Below are positions 18,240 through 26,847 of a DNA stretch of 64,000 nucleotides, in pieces. Below the pieces are notes generated by a model. The model saw only the letters and a program-made list of their open reading frames with translations. It searched no databases and was not told the DNA's origin. The DNA lies in the IMG/VR virus record IMGVR_UViG_3300046507_000773, positions 1 through 64,000 of that record; one strand, given 5' to 3'. The position numbers were made by a program, and so were the translations under genes. The stretch's first letter is position 1; each line of letters begins with the position of its first letter.

Positions 18240-18887
18240 ATGAACCGCAATGATAAGTTCAACATCGAGATCGGAAATCTCAACTACAAGCCTGTCGGTA
18301 CGAGCTTTCTGAACGAACACATCTGGTCGCGTCAGAACCCGGCCTTCGGTCCGATGCACGTTCTCGTCGTCGGCTACCTGGCTGACATGCAAGGTCACCC
18401 GATCCTGCAAACCGGCTACGGCGCCTACGTCAATGATAACCAGCACAGCGAAACGATGTCGCTGTCGTTCGGCGACATGAAGATTCTCCAGGTGGAGTTC
18501 TTCGAAGATCCGAACCTGGCTGTCGATACGACCGGCGCCCACGTGATGGCACTGAACGACATCCTCGCACTCTTCGACGAGTTCGCACTCTCCCACAAGA
18601 ACGTGATGTACGCTAACGACACCCGTGAATTCACGGCGCAGACCATCACCTTCCCGGTGCGTCACCTGCTGCGTACCTTCTTGCAAGCCGCCGAAAAGCA
18701 AGAAGCGAAGAATTGCGTGTCGGTCTACCGCGAGATCAACCGCACGATCTTCGAAGTGAGCGTGCTGCCGCAAGAAGGCGGCCTGGCTGTTCGCTTCCAA
18801 CTGGTGGCGCCGCCGACTGACCGGGAAGCGCCGGAACAAGAAGCACCGGAGCAGGAACCGAAGCCGATCGAAACTGAAACCGAGTAA
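18240..18887 (+). CDS. Hypothetical protein
   Basis: GAAAGGA RBS before MNRNDK. C-terminal EAPEQ repeat. Confidence 0.75.
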   Translation: MNRNDKFNIEIGNLNYKPVGTSFLNEHIWSRQNPAFGPMHVLVVGYLADMQGHPILQTGYGAYVNDNQHSETMSLSFGDMKILQVEFFEDPNLAVDTTGAHVMALNDILALFDEFALSHKNVMYANDTREFTAQTITFPVRHLLRTFLQAAEKQEAKNCVSVYREINRTIFEVSVLPQEGGLAVRFQLVAPPTDREAPEQEAPEQEPKPIETETE

Positions 18888-18912
18888 TTACCCACAGCCT
18901 GAAAGGAACCCC

Positions 18913-20583
18913 GTGAACACCGCAACCCAACCTAATCAGTTCCCGCCCAAGCATCCCCAGTTTATTCTGGCCGCTGACAAGTCCTTCTTCGAAGACTTCC
19001 GTTTCGGTCAGAACAAGGACCAGCGCCTGGGCGAAGGCATTACCCGTGTCGAGGCGATCAGCTTCTACCAGGGCATTGCCGGCCACACCGTCCTGCGTCG
19101 CCGCTACGAACTGGACCTGGCCACCACCACCCTGCCGTACCGCCAATACCTGCCGTACGACGTGTTCGGCCGCATGAACCGCCAGTTCAAGCGCGAGTAC
19201 TTCGCCTATCGTCGCACCCCGCAAGCTGGCGAATCGGAACTGCATGGCAAAGTATCGGTCGGCATCGGCGGCCACATCGATGGTCATCGTACCTTCTTCA
19301 GTGAAGTCGGCGCCCTGGACCTGTTCAACACCGTCGCTGGCTCGGCTCTGGCTGAACGCGTGGAAGAACTGAAGGTCTACAAGAAGCAAGGACCGGAAAC
19401 CCTGGAACTGACCGGCGGCGAGAAAGCCCAGCAGCTGGCCATGTGGGCCAAGCCGAACCCGAACGTCAACATCCTGGTCGACAACGGCGACAACGTCGGC
19501 CAGCGCCACTTCGCCATCGTCAACTTCATCAACGTGCCGGAGGAATACGAACTGGACATCGCTGAAGAAGAACTGGAAGCCCTGGGCTTCTTGACTTACG
19601 ATGAACTGACGAGCAAGAACGCCGACGGCTCGGCCAAGTACAACCTCGAAGGCTGGACCAAGATCTGCCTGGAATACTTCGAGAAGGGTGCTTCCGGCAA
19701 GACCGGCGTGCAAGCCGACATGACCGACATCCAGCGCGGCCTGCAAGCCCAGCAACTGTCCTCAGCCACCAAGCAAGACCAGCAAGCGGCAATCGAAGCG
19801 CGTCGCGAACGTGCGGACAAGATCCGTACCGGCAGCTACGATGGTGAAGGCGAAGCCATCGGTCGCGACCAGATCGAGCAGCAAGCCCACGCAATGGGCG
19901 TCGATAGCCATACCGCCCTGACCGACAATCCGAACGTCGGCGAAGATGGTGTCGTGAAACCCTACGTGGATGTCCAGGACGCGGGCGTCGCTACCCGTAC
20001 CGTTCCGGCCAGCAACAACGTACCGGTCGGCGACAATCGCGCTGTGACAGCAGCGCAAGTCATCCAGGGCGACACGGGGGCAACCAAGCAGTTCGAAGAA
20101 GCCGTGAGCACGCCGATTCCGGCAACGGGTGAACTGGGTGCCAATCCGGAAAACCAGCCTGGCGGCGCCGGTTCGCTCACGCTGGAAGGTCACGGTGAAG
20201 AAGTCGATACCGGCCAAGGTCAATCGAACGAACCGCACGGCGGCTGGCTGAATCACCAGCAGGCAGGCCAAGTGGCGGACGCGCTGACGGCAAGCAACAC
20301 CGAAGACTTCAAGGATGGTGTCAACACCTTGCTGCCCTCGACCGGCGACCTGGTGCCCGATCCTGCCCATCAACCGGGTGGTTCGGGTTCCCTGACCCTG
20401 CACAACGAAGACGCTGACAAAGCAACTTCGAACATGCCGGGCCAGATCAACACCGAAGCAAACAAGTCCGACACGCCGCAGACTGGCCTGCCGGTGCAAG
20501 ACCCGCTGGTCGACAATGATCCGAACAAGGAACTGATCACCGATCCTTCGACGATCCCGACGAGCGACAAACCGGCCGAGTAA
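18913..20583 (+). CDS. NUDIX-like phosphoesterase (COG4112-like) with long acidic disordered tail
   Basis: YRQYLPY, YRR...GESELHGKVSVGIGGHID, NVGQRHFAIV. The C-terminal ~250 aa are low complexity. Confidence 0.75.
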   Translation: MNTATQPNQFPPKHPQFILAADKSFFEDFRFGQNKDQRLGEGITRVEAISFYQGIAGHTVLRRRYELDLATTTLPYRQYLPYDVFGRMNRQFKREYFAYRRTPQAGESELHGKVSVGIGGHIDGHRTFFSEVGALDLFNTVAGSALAERVEELKVYKKQGPETLELTGGEKAQQLAMWAKPNPNVNILVDNGDNVGQRHFAIVNFINVPEEYELDIAEEELEALGFLTYDELTSKNADGSAKYNLEGWTKICLEYFEKGASGKTGVQADMTDIQRGLQAQQLSSATKQDQQAAIEARRERADKIRTGSYDGEGEAIGRDQIEQQAHAMGVDSHTALTDNPNVGEDGVVKPYVDVQDAGVATRTVPASNNVPVGDNRAVTAAQVIQGDTGATKQFEEAVSTPIPATGELGANPENQPGGAGSLTLEGHGEEVDTGQGQSNEPHGGWLNHQQAGQVADALTASNTEDFKDGVNTLLPSTGDLVPDPAHQPGGSGSLTLHNEDADKATSNMPGQINTEANKSDTPQTGLPVQDPLVDNDPNKELITDPSTIPTSDKPAE

Positions 20584-20702
20584 TTCGGCACAGCCCCACT
20601 TCCATTTCGGGAGTGGGGCGTATGAACGTATTAAGGATAGGTAACATGGTGCAAAACAAGAAGACTGCCTTTGAAGAAGGAGTCAAAAACTAGGGAAAGA
20701 AA

Positions 20703-21044
20703 ATGAATGCGCGTGTGATTTCGAACCGATGCAAGATCGCAACTAGCGGCTACCTATTAGAAGGCTTTCATGATGATCCAGACATCTTGGAAGGTGGTAC
20801 CGTGACTATCAGTAATCTGCTACATCTGGATGGCAGTCCTGTGACGATTGATTTGCCCCGATTCGAATTAGCACCCGAACAAAAGGAAGAAATCGGCCGT
20901 TGGTTTCTTCTCACGTTAAAGCGTTCTGATTTGAAAAATCCCTTCGAACATTATTTCAACGGATTCCGTGTTTCCACTACGGTCTTAACGACGCCGCGAG
21001 TTGTTGAGAAACCGTGGAGACTTTACGACGTAAGCATTAACTGA
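20703..21044 (+). CDS. Hypothetical protein
   Basis: 113 aa. Confidence 0.65.
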   Translation: MNARVISNRCKIATSGYLLEGFHDDPDILEGGTVTISNLLHLDGSPVTIDLPRFELAPEQKEEIGRWFLLTLKRSDLKNPFEHYFNGFRVSTTVLTTPRVVEKPWRLYDVSIN

Positions 21045-21056
21045 AAGGAAAGTGTC

Positions 21057-22400
21057 GTGAGTAATGACAATGTTTTGGGTACCAATAAAAAGCTGGAACT
21101 GTGGCGCAGTCGTTTGATCGATCTGCTGAAAGATGCAGCGGCCGATGACGTGTTTCTGTCGATGTCCACCGTCGCGGAAGGTCAACCCATCACCTATCCG
21201 TTTGACCGCGCCGCAGTTCAGGCGATGAGTGAAGACGGCCAGTGCAGCTACGAATCGATTTCCTTGCTCGATCAGGAACCGGTTGTCATCGACGAGGAAC
21301 GTGCAGTGGTTGCCAATGTTTTCGTGGTGGCCACGGAAATGCAGAAGTTCGAGAACAAAGAGCGCGTACCCCTGGACCGTGAAGAACTGCACGCCAAGCC
21401 GTCGATAAATGTGATGGTGTACTCGACCGGCACCGGTACTGGCGTCGCTTACGTGACCCACCAGATCGCCGAGTTCCTCTCGTACCGCGGCTGGGACGAA
21501 GTGTATCTGCACGCCACCCACACCATCGACGCCGTTCGCACCATGATGAAGAGCGGCAGTGGTCCGTACACCCATCCCCGCAAAGGCGATGATTCGGCAA
21601 CCTGGGACATCCCGATTACGGTCGCGATGGACGAAGGTGCCAAGAACGAGAACCGAGACCTGCACGAAGTCGTGGTGCGTGAAGCAGTACCGGAATGGCT
21701 CAATGACATCATGCCGGGCTCGCATGCTGATGCAGTCCAGCAGGTCAACGGCCGCTTCCAAACCGACGGACACTTCGGCAAGGAAGCGGTGATCTTCAAC
21801 ATGAATCCGGGCGAACCGTTCTTCATCGTCTTGGGTCGTGATCCGCAAGCGCCGTACCTGGTCGAGCAGTGGGCAACTGACCGCCAACAGATCGAACCGG
21901 AAGATCCGAAGATCCTCAATGCACTGAACATCGCTTCCATGATGCGTCAGTACAAAGACGATAATCCGACGATCGGCATGCCCAAGCTGAAGTTCGAGCA
22001 GTACCTGGAAAAAGAACTGATCATTATCCCGAACCGTGAAAAGCCGTACACGGAAGAAGAGATCCTGATCATGGTGCAAGAAGTTTTGCATCGTGCAGTT
22101 CTGTCGGGGGTGAACGTGCACATCCAGCACAACACGGCGATCATCCACCTGGCCGTCGAAAACGCAGTCGAGCAGCAACTGGCAAACGTCAGCAAGCTCT
22201 CGGCCGCAGCTGGCAAGGATGTGCTCATCATCATCTACGAAGAGGACATGCCGGTGAAAGCCTGGGGGAGCCATGACCTTCTGTATTCGCACTTCGGTAA
22301 GGACGTGGCCGACAAGATCACGTACTACCGTCCTGGTGAATACGAGGACATGCGGGCAGCGGATGAACTGATCGTACCGGATGCTCCGGCTACGCATTAA
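21057..22400 (+). CDS. Multidomain hypothetical protein with a degenerate P-loop-like module
   Basis: 447 aa. INVMVYSTGTGTGVAYVTHQIAEFLSYRGW resembles the 57-59 kb family. Also EPFFIVLGRDPQAPYLV. Confidence 0.8.
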   Translation: MSNDNVLGTNKKLELWRSRLIDLLKDAAADDVFLSMSTVAEGQPITYPFDRAAVQAMSEDGQCSYESISLLDQEPVVIDEERAVVANVFVVATEMQKFENKERVPLDREELHAKPSINVMVYSTGTGTGVAYVTHQIAEFLSYRGWDEVYLHATHTIDAVRTMMKSGSGPYTHPRKGDDSATWDIPITVAMDEGAKNENRDLHEVVVREAVPEWLNDIMPGSHADAVQQVNGRFQTDGHFGKEAVIFNMNPGEPFFIVLGRDPQAPYLVEQWATDRQQIEPEDPKILNALNIASMMRQYKDDNPTIGMPKLKFEQYLEKELIIIPNREKPYTEEEILIMVQEVLHRAVLSGVNVHIQHNTAIIHLAVENAVEQQLANVSKLSAAAGKDVLIIIYEEDMPVKAWGSHDLLYSHFGKDVADKITYYRPGEYEDMRAADELIVPDAPATH

Positions 22401-22491
22401 TTTTTCATCGTTGTACCTATTGTTATGTACGAGAATGTCGCTATCCTTCGTCGTTGGAGGTGGTTGCTATCTAGTGCTCCTAATCCAGACC

Positions 22492-22605
22492 TGATCCGTC
22501 TGAAGAGCCGTTAAAGTCGGCAGCGGTTTCCTTAAAGATATCGCTTGGGCTTGGACCCACGAAAGTTGGGGGAGGTACGCCATTACTTCCCCCTTCTAAC
22601 GGACA
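22492..22605 (+). ncRNA. Candidate type I hammerhead ribozyme with expanded stem II
   Basis: Stem I TCCGT/ACGGA; core CTGAAGA (22500-06); G22507-C22560; GAAA (22561-64); stem III with a 10-bp GGGGGAGGTA/TACTTCCCCC helix; CTA cleavage triplet at 22596-98. Confidence 0.7.
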
Positions 22606-22626
22606 TTTTTCTAAAGGAGAATCGAA

Positions 22627-22815
22627 GTGGCCGAAGATGCAAAGAAGGAAAAGAAACTGTTTGAAGGTCGACAGGCTGACACAGTTCAACGCGGCGTGTG
22701 TGCCAACCTGGCAAACATGCGTGCCAAAGATATCGTGATTGCACTCTCCATCGCACGGGAGCACAATCCAGAAGTACAAAAGGCGCTCGACGAAATTTCT
22801 GCAGTCAAGCGCTAA
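22627..22815 (+). CDS. 62-aa hypothetical protein between two structured RNA elements
   Basis: AAAGGAGA RBS, GTG start, normal composition. Confidence 0.75.
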   Translation: MAEDAKKEKKLFEGRQADTVQRGVCANLANMRAKDIVIALSIAREHNPEVQKALDEISAVKR

Positions 22816-22829
22816 CAGTCTTTGAAGTT

Positions 22830-23050
22830 GAGAGTTGAGCCGTACGGGTGCCCTTCCCCGCACTGGAGCCTCTTAATGGAAGAGAGTCTCACTCGTTTTC
22901 TCTAAGGTGCTGGCTTCCTTGCGGCGGTCGCTGGTAACTTGGCCTGAAAGGTCTCCTTTCCCTCCCCCAGGTCCTAGATGAGAAGACGAGTGCCCATGCT
23001 CACGGCCCAACCGTGAGAGAGACAGGGAGGTAACTTGGATAACTCCCACC
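22830..23050 (+). ncRNA. Candidate structured non-coding RNA
   Basis: 13-bp long-range helix 22890-902/22980-92, 7-bp hairpin 22999-23017, GGTAACTTGG twice, no RBS-led ORF, ends at a UUCG hairpin. Confidence 0.55.
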
Positions 23051-23062
23051 TATAACCAATGG

Positions 23063-23092
23063 GTCCCTCGGTCTTCGGATCGAGGGGTCTTT
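23063..23092 (+). terminator. Terminator-like hairpin
   Basis: CCCTCGGTC-TTCG-GATCGAGGG followed by TCTTTATGCCG. Confidence 0.75.
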
Positions 23093-23221
23093 ATGCCGAA
23101 TTTTTTTGTTTGCAGCATAAAAACCCCCACCAGACGGTGGGGGAATATGCCGTACATTTACAAGATGCGTTTTATACCAGGCATCCATATCACTTGGATG
23201 TGGCAAAGGAAAGAACAGCAG

Positions 23222-23707
23222 ATGACTAACACAAAAAACTATCCACCTATGGTGGTGCTCGAACTTGAGCGTACGTTCCCGTGGTTGCTGGACATTGCGG
23301 CAGACTTAGAAGGTCAGTGCACCGTTGATGAGTTGCTCAATCATCTCTTTGAATTTCTGCGAGATGAGATCAACATTACGGATGCTACCAAAATGCTCAG
23401 ACTGGGATATCGTTTCCCAGAGCACGGCGAGAACGAGGAAGAGCAAAAGAAAAAGGATGAAGAGCAGATCAAAACGTTTGTCAACGTACTGCGTGAAATC
23501 AAAGATGCGCTTGTCAGAGCACAAGTCATCACGGCGTTCGAGACGACGCCTTATCGTTTCCACCGAGCTTTTGGTAATGGCTCCATAGTGCTTGTGCGTG
23601 CTGACCTAGCACCACTCAAGGGGAAGCTTATGGAAACGCCACCACGGCCCGTAGAAAGGGTGTGGGAGACTACATTTGGTCGAGATATGGAGTATCGGAT
23701 TGCTTAG
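23222..23707 (+). CDS. Hypothetical protein, dispersed member of the 42.6-43.8 kb paralog family
   Basis: VVLEL...PYRFHRAFGNGSIVLVR. CCATATCACT motif ~30 nt upstream. Confidence 0.75.
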   Translation: MTNTKNYPPMVVLELERTFPWLLDIAADLEGQCTVDELLNHLFEFLRDEINITDATKMLRLGYRFPEHGENEEEQKKKDEEQIKTFVNVLREIKDALVRAQVITAFETTPYRFHRAFGNGSIVLVRADLAPLKGKLMETPPRPVERVWETTFGRDMEYRIA

Positions 23708-23984
23708 GGATGTTGGGGAGTTCCGCGTCCCAGTTACCCAAGAGATGATGGCAATCGGCGGCAAACTTAATGATGCCGTTTGTCACAGTGTAGTGGCAAA
23801 GTGCTGACGGGCGAAGTGCTGGTTCAAACGTCGGCGCATCTACACTACCATTCCAATTCCACATCTGACCGAAGTGGTTGGGACGGTTAATAAAGACTGG
23901 ATGATATCTGTCGCAAGCAGGACACCAGTGGAGCAGCAAATCGTCGCCGACTTGATGCAGCTTACTTGAAAGTGCGCGAATCAT
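23670..23984 (-). CDS. DUF6527-like Cys/His protein
   Basis: CPAC..YH, WNWNG...PTFEP, CHYTVTNG, DCHH. GAGG RBS. 104 aa. Confidence 0.75.
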   Translation of the reverse strand: MIRALSSKLHQVGDDLLLHWCPACDRYHPVFINRPNHFGQMWNWNGSVDAPTFEPALRPSALCHYTVTNGIIKFAADCHHLLGNWDAELPNIPKQSDTPYLDQM

Positions 23985-24056
23985 GGAGTGGCCTCGATGG
24001 AGGTAATACAGCTGTTGGGGATAGAGCACCGATCTCCTTTTAAAAGAATTTTGACG

Positions 24057-24066
24057 ACATATCACG
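24057..24066 (+). promoter_or_regulatory. Early-promoter-like motif ACATATCACG
   Basis: Exact repeat preceded by AAGAATTTT. Confidence 0.7.
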
Positions 24067-24159
24067 ACAGTGTCAAGTAAGTAGTAAAACCCCTGACCAA
24101 TTACAAGAGGGATATATTCCCCCTCCATAGAATTTGAACAAAAAGTTGAAGATTTCTCG

Positions 24160-24753
24160 ATGCCAACAATACTTTCCTTAATGCAAGACGACGCGCGGTT
24201 TGCCATCAGCTACATGCGGATGGTAGCAGCCCTGTCAGTCTTTGCTTTGACGGGTCGCAACCCGCTTGATCAACTTCATGAACTTGTCGCCTACACTGTA
24301 AGAAACGGTGTTCGCGCAGTCCCTTCTCGCATTGATCCGGAGCGTCTTCGGTTTCACTGGGAGAAAGATCCACTTCTTTTTGCCCGTGGTCGTATTCAGA
24401 TCACGGTGTATTACCGCATCACGGATGAGGGACCGGATGCTATCCAGCATGAGGATACACCTTGGCCCGATGTCTACTGCGGCGAGTTCTTCTTAATCGT
24501 CGAGAAGACGCGCGAACACTACGGCATTAAAGCGATTACGTTACAAGACGTAGAGGAATTTGAAATGCCAGTTCCTAATAATCGCTGGAGAATAACGAAC
24601 CATGCTGAATTTGCAGACAGCTGGGAAGAAGCACAGGCAAAGATGCGACATCAAGTCTTAGAGTTGCCTGGAACGAATGTGCCTCGAGAAGAGGCAACAG
24701 AAGCGATATTTGAAACGCTTCGAATGAACCTGCCTAGCAAGCAGCTCTTTTAG
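24160..24753 (+). CDS. Hypothetical protein
   Basis: 197 aa. Confidence 0.7.
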   Translation: MPTILSLMQDDARFAISYMRMVAALSVFALTGRNPLDQLHELVAYTVRNGVRAVPSRIDPERLRFHWEKDPLLFARGRIQITVYYRITDEGPDAIQHEDTPWPDVYCGEFFLIVEKTREHYGIKAITLQDVEEFEMPVPNNRWRITNHAEFADSWEEAQAKMRHQVLELPGTNVPREEATEAIFETLRMNLPSKQLF

Positions 24754-24763
24754 GGAGATGTAG

Positions 24764-25045
24764 ATGAGTACGATGGATAGCTTTCACTTTACGTGCTTGC
24801 GTTTCCCTAGCAAGGAAAAGCGTGACGGCGTGCGTAAAACCATGGTCGTCTTTGGTTCTGATTCAAAGCCTGTTCCCAATGAAGACGACTACATCGCAAC
24901 AGGTACAGATGAAGAAGGTTTCTATTTCGTGATGTTCCGTGATAAGGAACAAACGGAAGACACCGTTTTCACGTACTTGTCCGATGGTGCAATTCTGAAG
25001 AACAACGTCAATCCCAAGTCCTACAAGGACATTTTCAATCAGTAG
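24764..25045 (+). CDS. Hypothetical protein
   Basis: 93 aa, GGAG RBS. Confidence 0.7.
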   Translation: MSTMDSFHFTCLRFPSKEKRDGVRKTMVVFGSDSKPVPNEDDYIATGTDEEGFYFVMFRDKEQTEDTVFTYLSDGAILKNNVNPKSYKDIFNQ

Positions 25046-25102
25046 TACCGGTAAGGTTGAAGGGCCCTACCGTTTCATAAACCCACAGAAGAAGGAATTA
25101 GC

Positions 25103-26308
25103 ATGAACAGCAATAACGTCAAAGAACTCGCTTTCGTCACCATCACCATGCGCCCGCTGGACAGCACCGATGCGACGAAGGCTGACTTCGAAGTCCAGAT
25201 GACCAACACCAACACCGCTGGCATCAAGGTTGTCAAGTTCGACTTCAAGCCCGATCCGCGCCTGGGTCGCAAAGATTTCCCGATCAACCGCGACCGCGCC
25301 GAAAGCCTCGTCATCCACGCCATGGAAGAACTGATCGGCGGCCTGCCGGACGACGTACGCAACGAGTATGACGTGCACTTCGCTACCGCTGACGTGTTCG
25401 ATCGCTTGCTCGTCGTGGCCAGCGTCAAGGTCAAGGATTTCTCGATGCTGCCCGATCCGATCGAATCGCCCTTCGGCAAGATCGAGTTCATCGCCAAGCC
25501 GACCAAAGAAACCTTCACGTCGCTTTCCGATCTTCCCAGCATGGCTTTCACGGCGATGCGCAAGTCGACCTGCGACGTCATGCCGATCTACATCCGTCTG
25601 ACTCCGGTGACCGATATCCCGGCAATGTCTGATGGTTTCGGCATGGGCTACGGTCGGATGGGTAATATCCCTGAAGGCAAGAAGGTGGTCGATCGTACCC
25701 AGGCCATCTTGAAAATGGCCGGTCAGCTGAAGGACGCACTCGATCCGTACGACATGGAAATCACGCCGGAAAATACGGCGCCCAGGGCCCGCTTCGACGG
25801 CAGCAATCCGCAGCCGGAACCGGATCGTCGCACGTTCGTGCAGGCTGCATATGCTCAGTTGGCAGAGAACATCGTTCAGCGCATGTACGAGATCGACTAC
25901 GGCAATGATGTGGCCGACTTCACCATGAGCAAGGGCGGCCGCATTCAGCGCGAGGAAGACAAGGACCATAGCTTCGTCATGTCCCTGCATCTGGGCGGCT
26001 ACTATGTCCTGCACATCCTGTCGGGTGAATACCTCAAGACCCGCCGTCCTGTGCAACACAGCTACGCCGGCTACCCGCGCGGCGATGTCCATGGCAACCT
26101 GCTCTTCAACGGCGAGAAGCGCGGCTTCAGCATCGGTTTCGCAGCGCACAATCGCTACGCTGTGCCGATGAATCTGAAGGAACTGATGGACCCGCCAAAA
26201 CTGCTGGCCGTCATCAACAAGGCAGTCGAGCGTCATCTGCAACCGCTGAACCTGGCGCAGTTCATCGATACCTCGACCATCCAGTTCGACCAGGACGACG
26301 GCAAGTAA
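25103..26308 (+). CDS. Hypothetical protein
   Basis: 401 aa, AAGGA RBS, strong codon bias. Confidence 0.85.
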   Translation: MNSNNVKELAFVTITMRPLDSTDATKADFEVQMTNTNTAGIKVVKFDFKPDPRLGRKDFPINRDRAESLVIHAMEELIGGLPDDVRNEYDVHFATADVFDRLLVVASVKVKDFSMLPDPIESPFGKIEFIAKPTKETFTSLSDLPSMAFTAMRKSTCDVMPIYIRLTPVTDIPAMSDGFGMGYGRMGNIPEGKKVVDRTQAILKMAGQLKDALDPYDMEITPENTAPRARFDGSNPQPEPDRRTFVQAAYAQLAENIVQRMYEIDYGNDVADFTMSKGGRIQREEDKDHSFVMSLHLGGYYVLHILSGEYLKTRRPVQHSYAGYPRGDVHGNLLFNGEKRGFSIGFAAHNRYAVPMNLKELMDPPKLLAVINKAVERHLQPLNLAQFIDTSTIQFDQDDGK

Positions 26309-26318
26309 TTGCTGCATG

Positions 26319-26354
26319 AAAAATAGGGGGCCTTCGGGCTCTCTATTTTTTTTT
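26319..26354 (+). terminator. Intrinsic terminator
   Basis: AAAATAGGGGGCC-TTCG-GGCTCTCTATTTT followed by a T tract. Confidence 0.85.
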
Positions 26355-26408
26355 GTTTCTTCAGGTGAAATATATGTAGCAATAATAACCATTCCTGAAG
26401 GGACAGCC

Positions 26409-26690
26409 GTGGACCAGAAACTCATCACCGATACCGTCGTGGTATCTGCCTATGTACAAATCGTGGGCAGCAAAAGCAAGAAGCGTTTGACCACTTCGGA
26501 GATCTTCCGAGCAGTGGTGAAAGTGCCCAAGGGTTTTAGTGAGCACGACAAGAAAATGTGGATCGAGACTGAAGCGACCAGTCAGTTCCACGAAGAGTTC
26601 CGTAAGCGCCTCGCAGCGCAACCGACACTCAAGCATCAGATCGGTTCGACGAAATGGGAAGTCAATTTGCTCTCGTACAGTCACGAGTAA
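26409..26690 (+). CDS. Hypothetical protein
   Basis: GTG start after GAAGGGA. Confidence 0.65.
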   Translation: MDQKLITDTVVVSAYVQIVGSKSKKRLTTSEIFRAVVKVPKGFSEHDKKMWIETEATSQFHEEFRKRLAAQPTLKHQIGSTKWEVNLLSYSHE

Positions 26691-26791
26691 TAGGGGAGGC
26701 CAGTTGGCCTCTCTTATGCCGTTCTTTCTATTTTTAACAAGAGCATCTAATGTAGTGAGTAAGCCGCCGTAGAAGCAATCGAGATAAAACC

Positions 26792-26801
26792 ACATATCAC
26801 G
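26792..26801 (+). promoter_or_regulatory. Early-promoter-like motif ACATATCACG
   Basis: Exact intergenic repeat. Confidence 0.7.
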
Positions 26802-26847
26802 AACTTGATGCTAACCCACAAGTGTCAAGAATCAACTAACAATAGGA

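Noticed and set aside
22425-22514. 29-codon ORF upstream of and within the hammerhead
   Set aside because: It has no RBS and its ATG overlaps the putative TATG start site, so it is probably incidental.
22816-23095. A second ribozyme that would allow circularisation
   Set aside because: I looked for hammerhead, twister, pistol, HDV-like and hairpin cores on both strands by eye and found no complete set. A covariance-model search is still needed.
22400-23100. tmRNA, RNase P, SRP, or group I/II intron identity for the structured region
   Set aside because: No tRNA-like ends or tag peptide, no GGAAAGUCC, and no full SRP or P7 motifs. GAGCCGTACGGG only loosely resembles domain V and its 3' arm does not pair.
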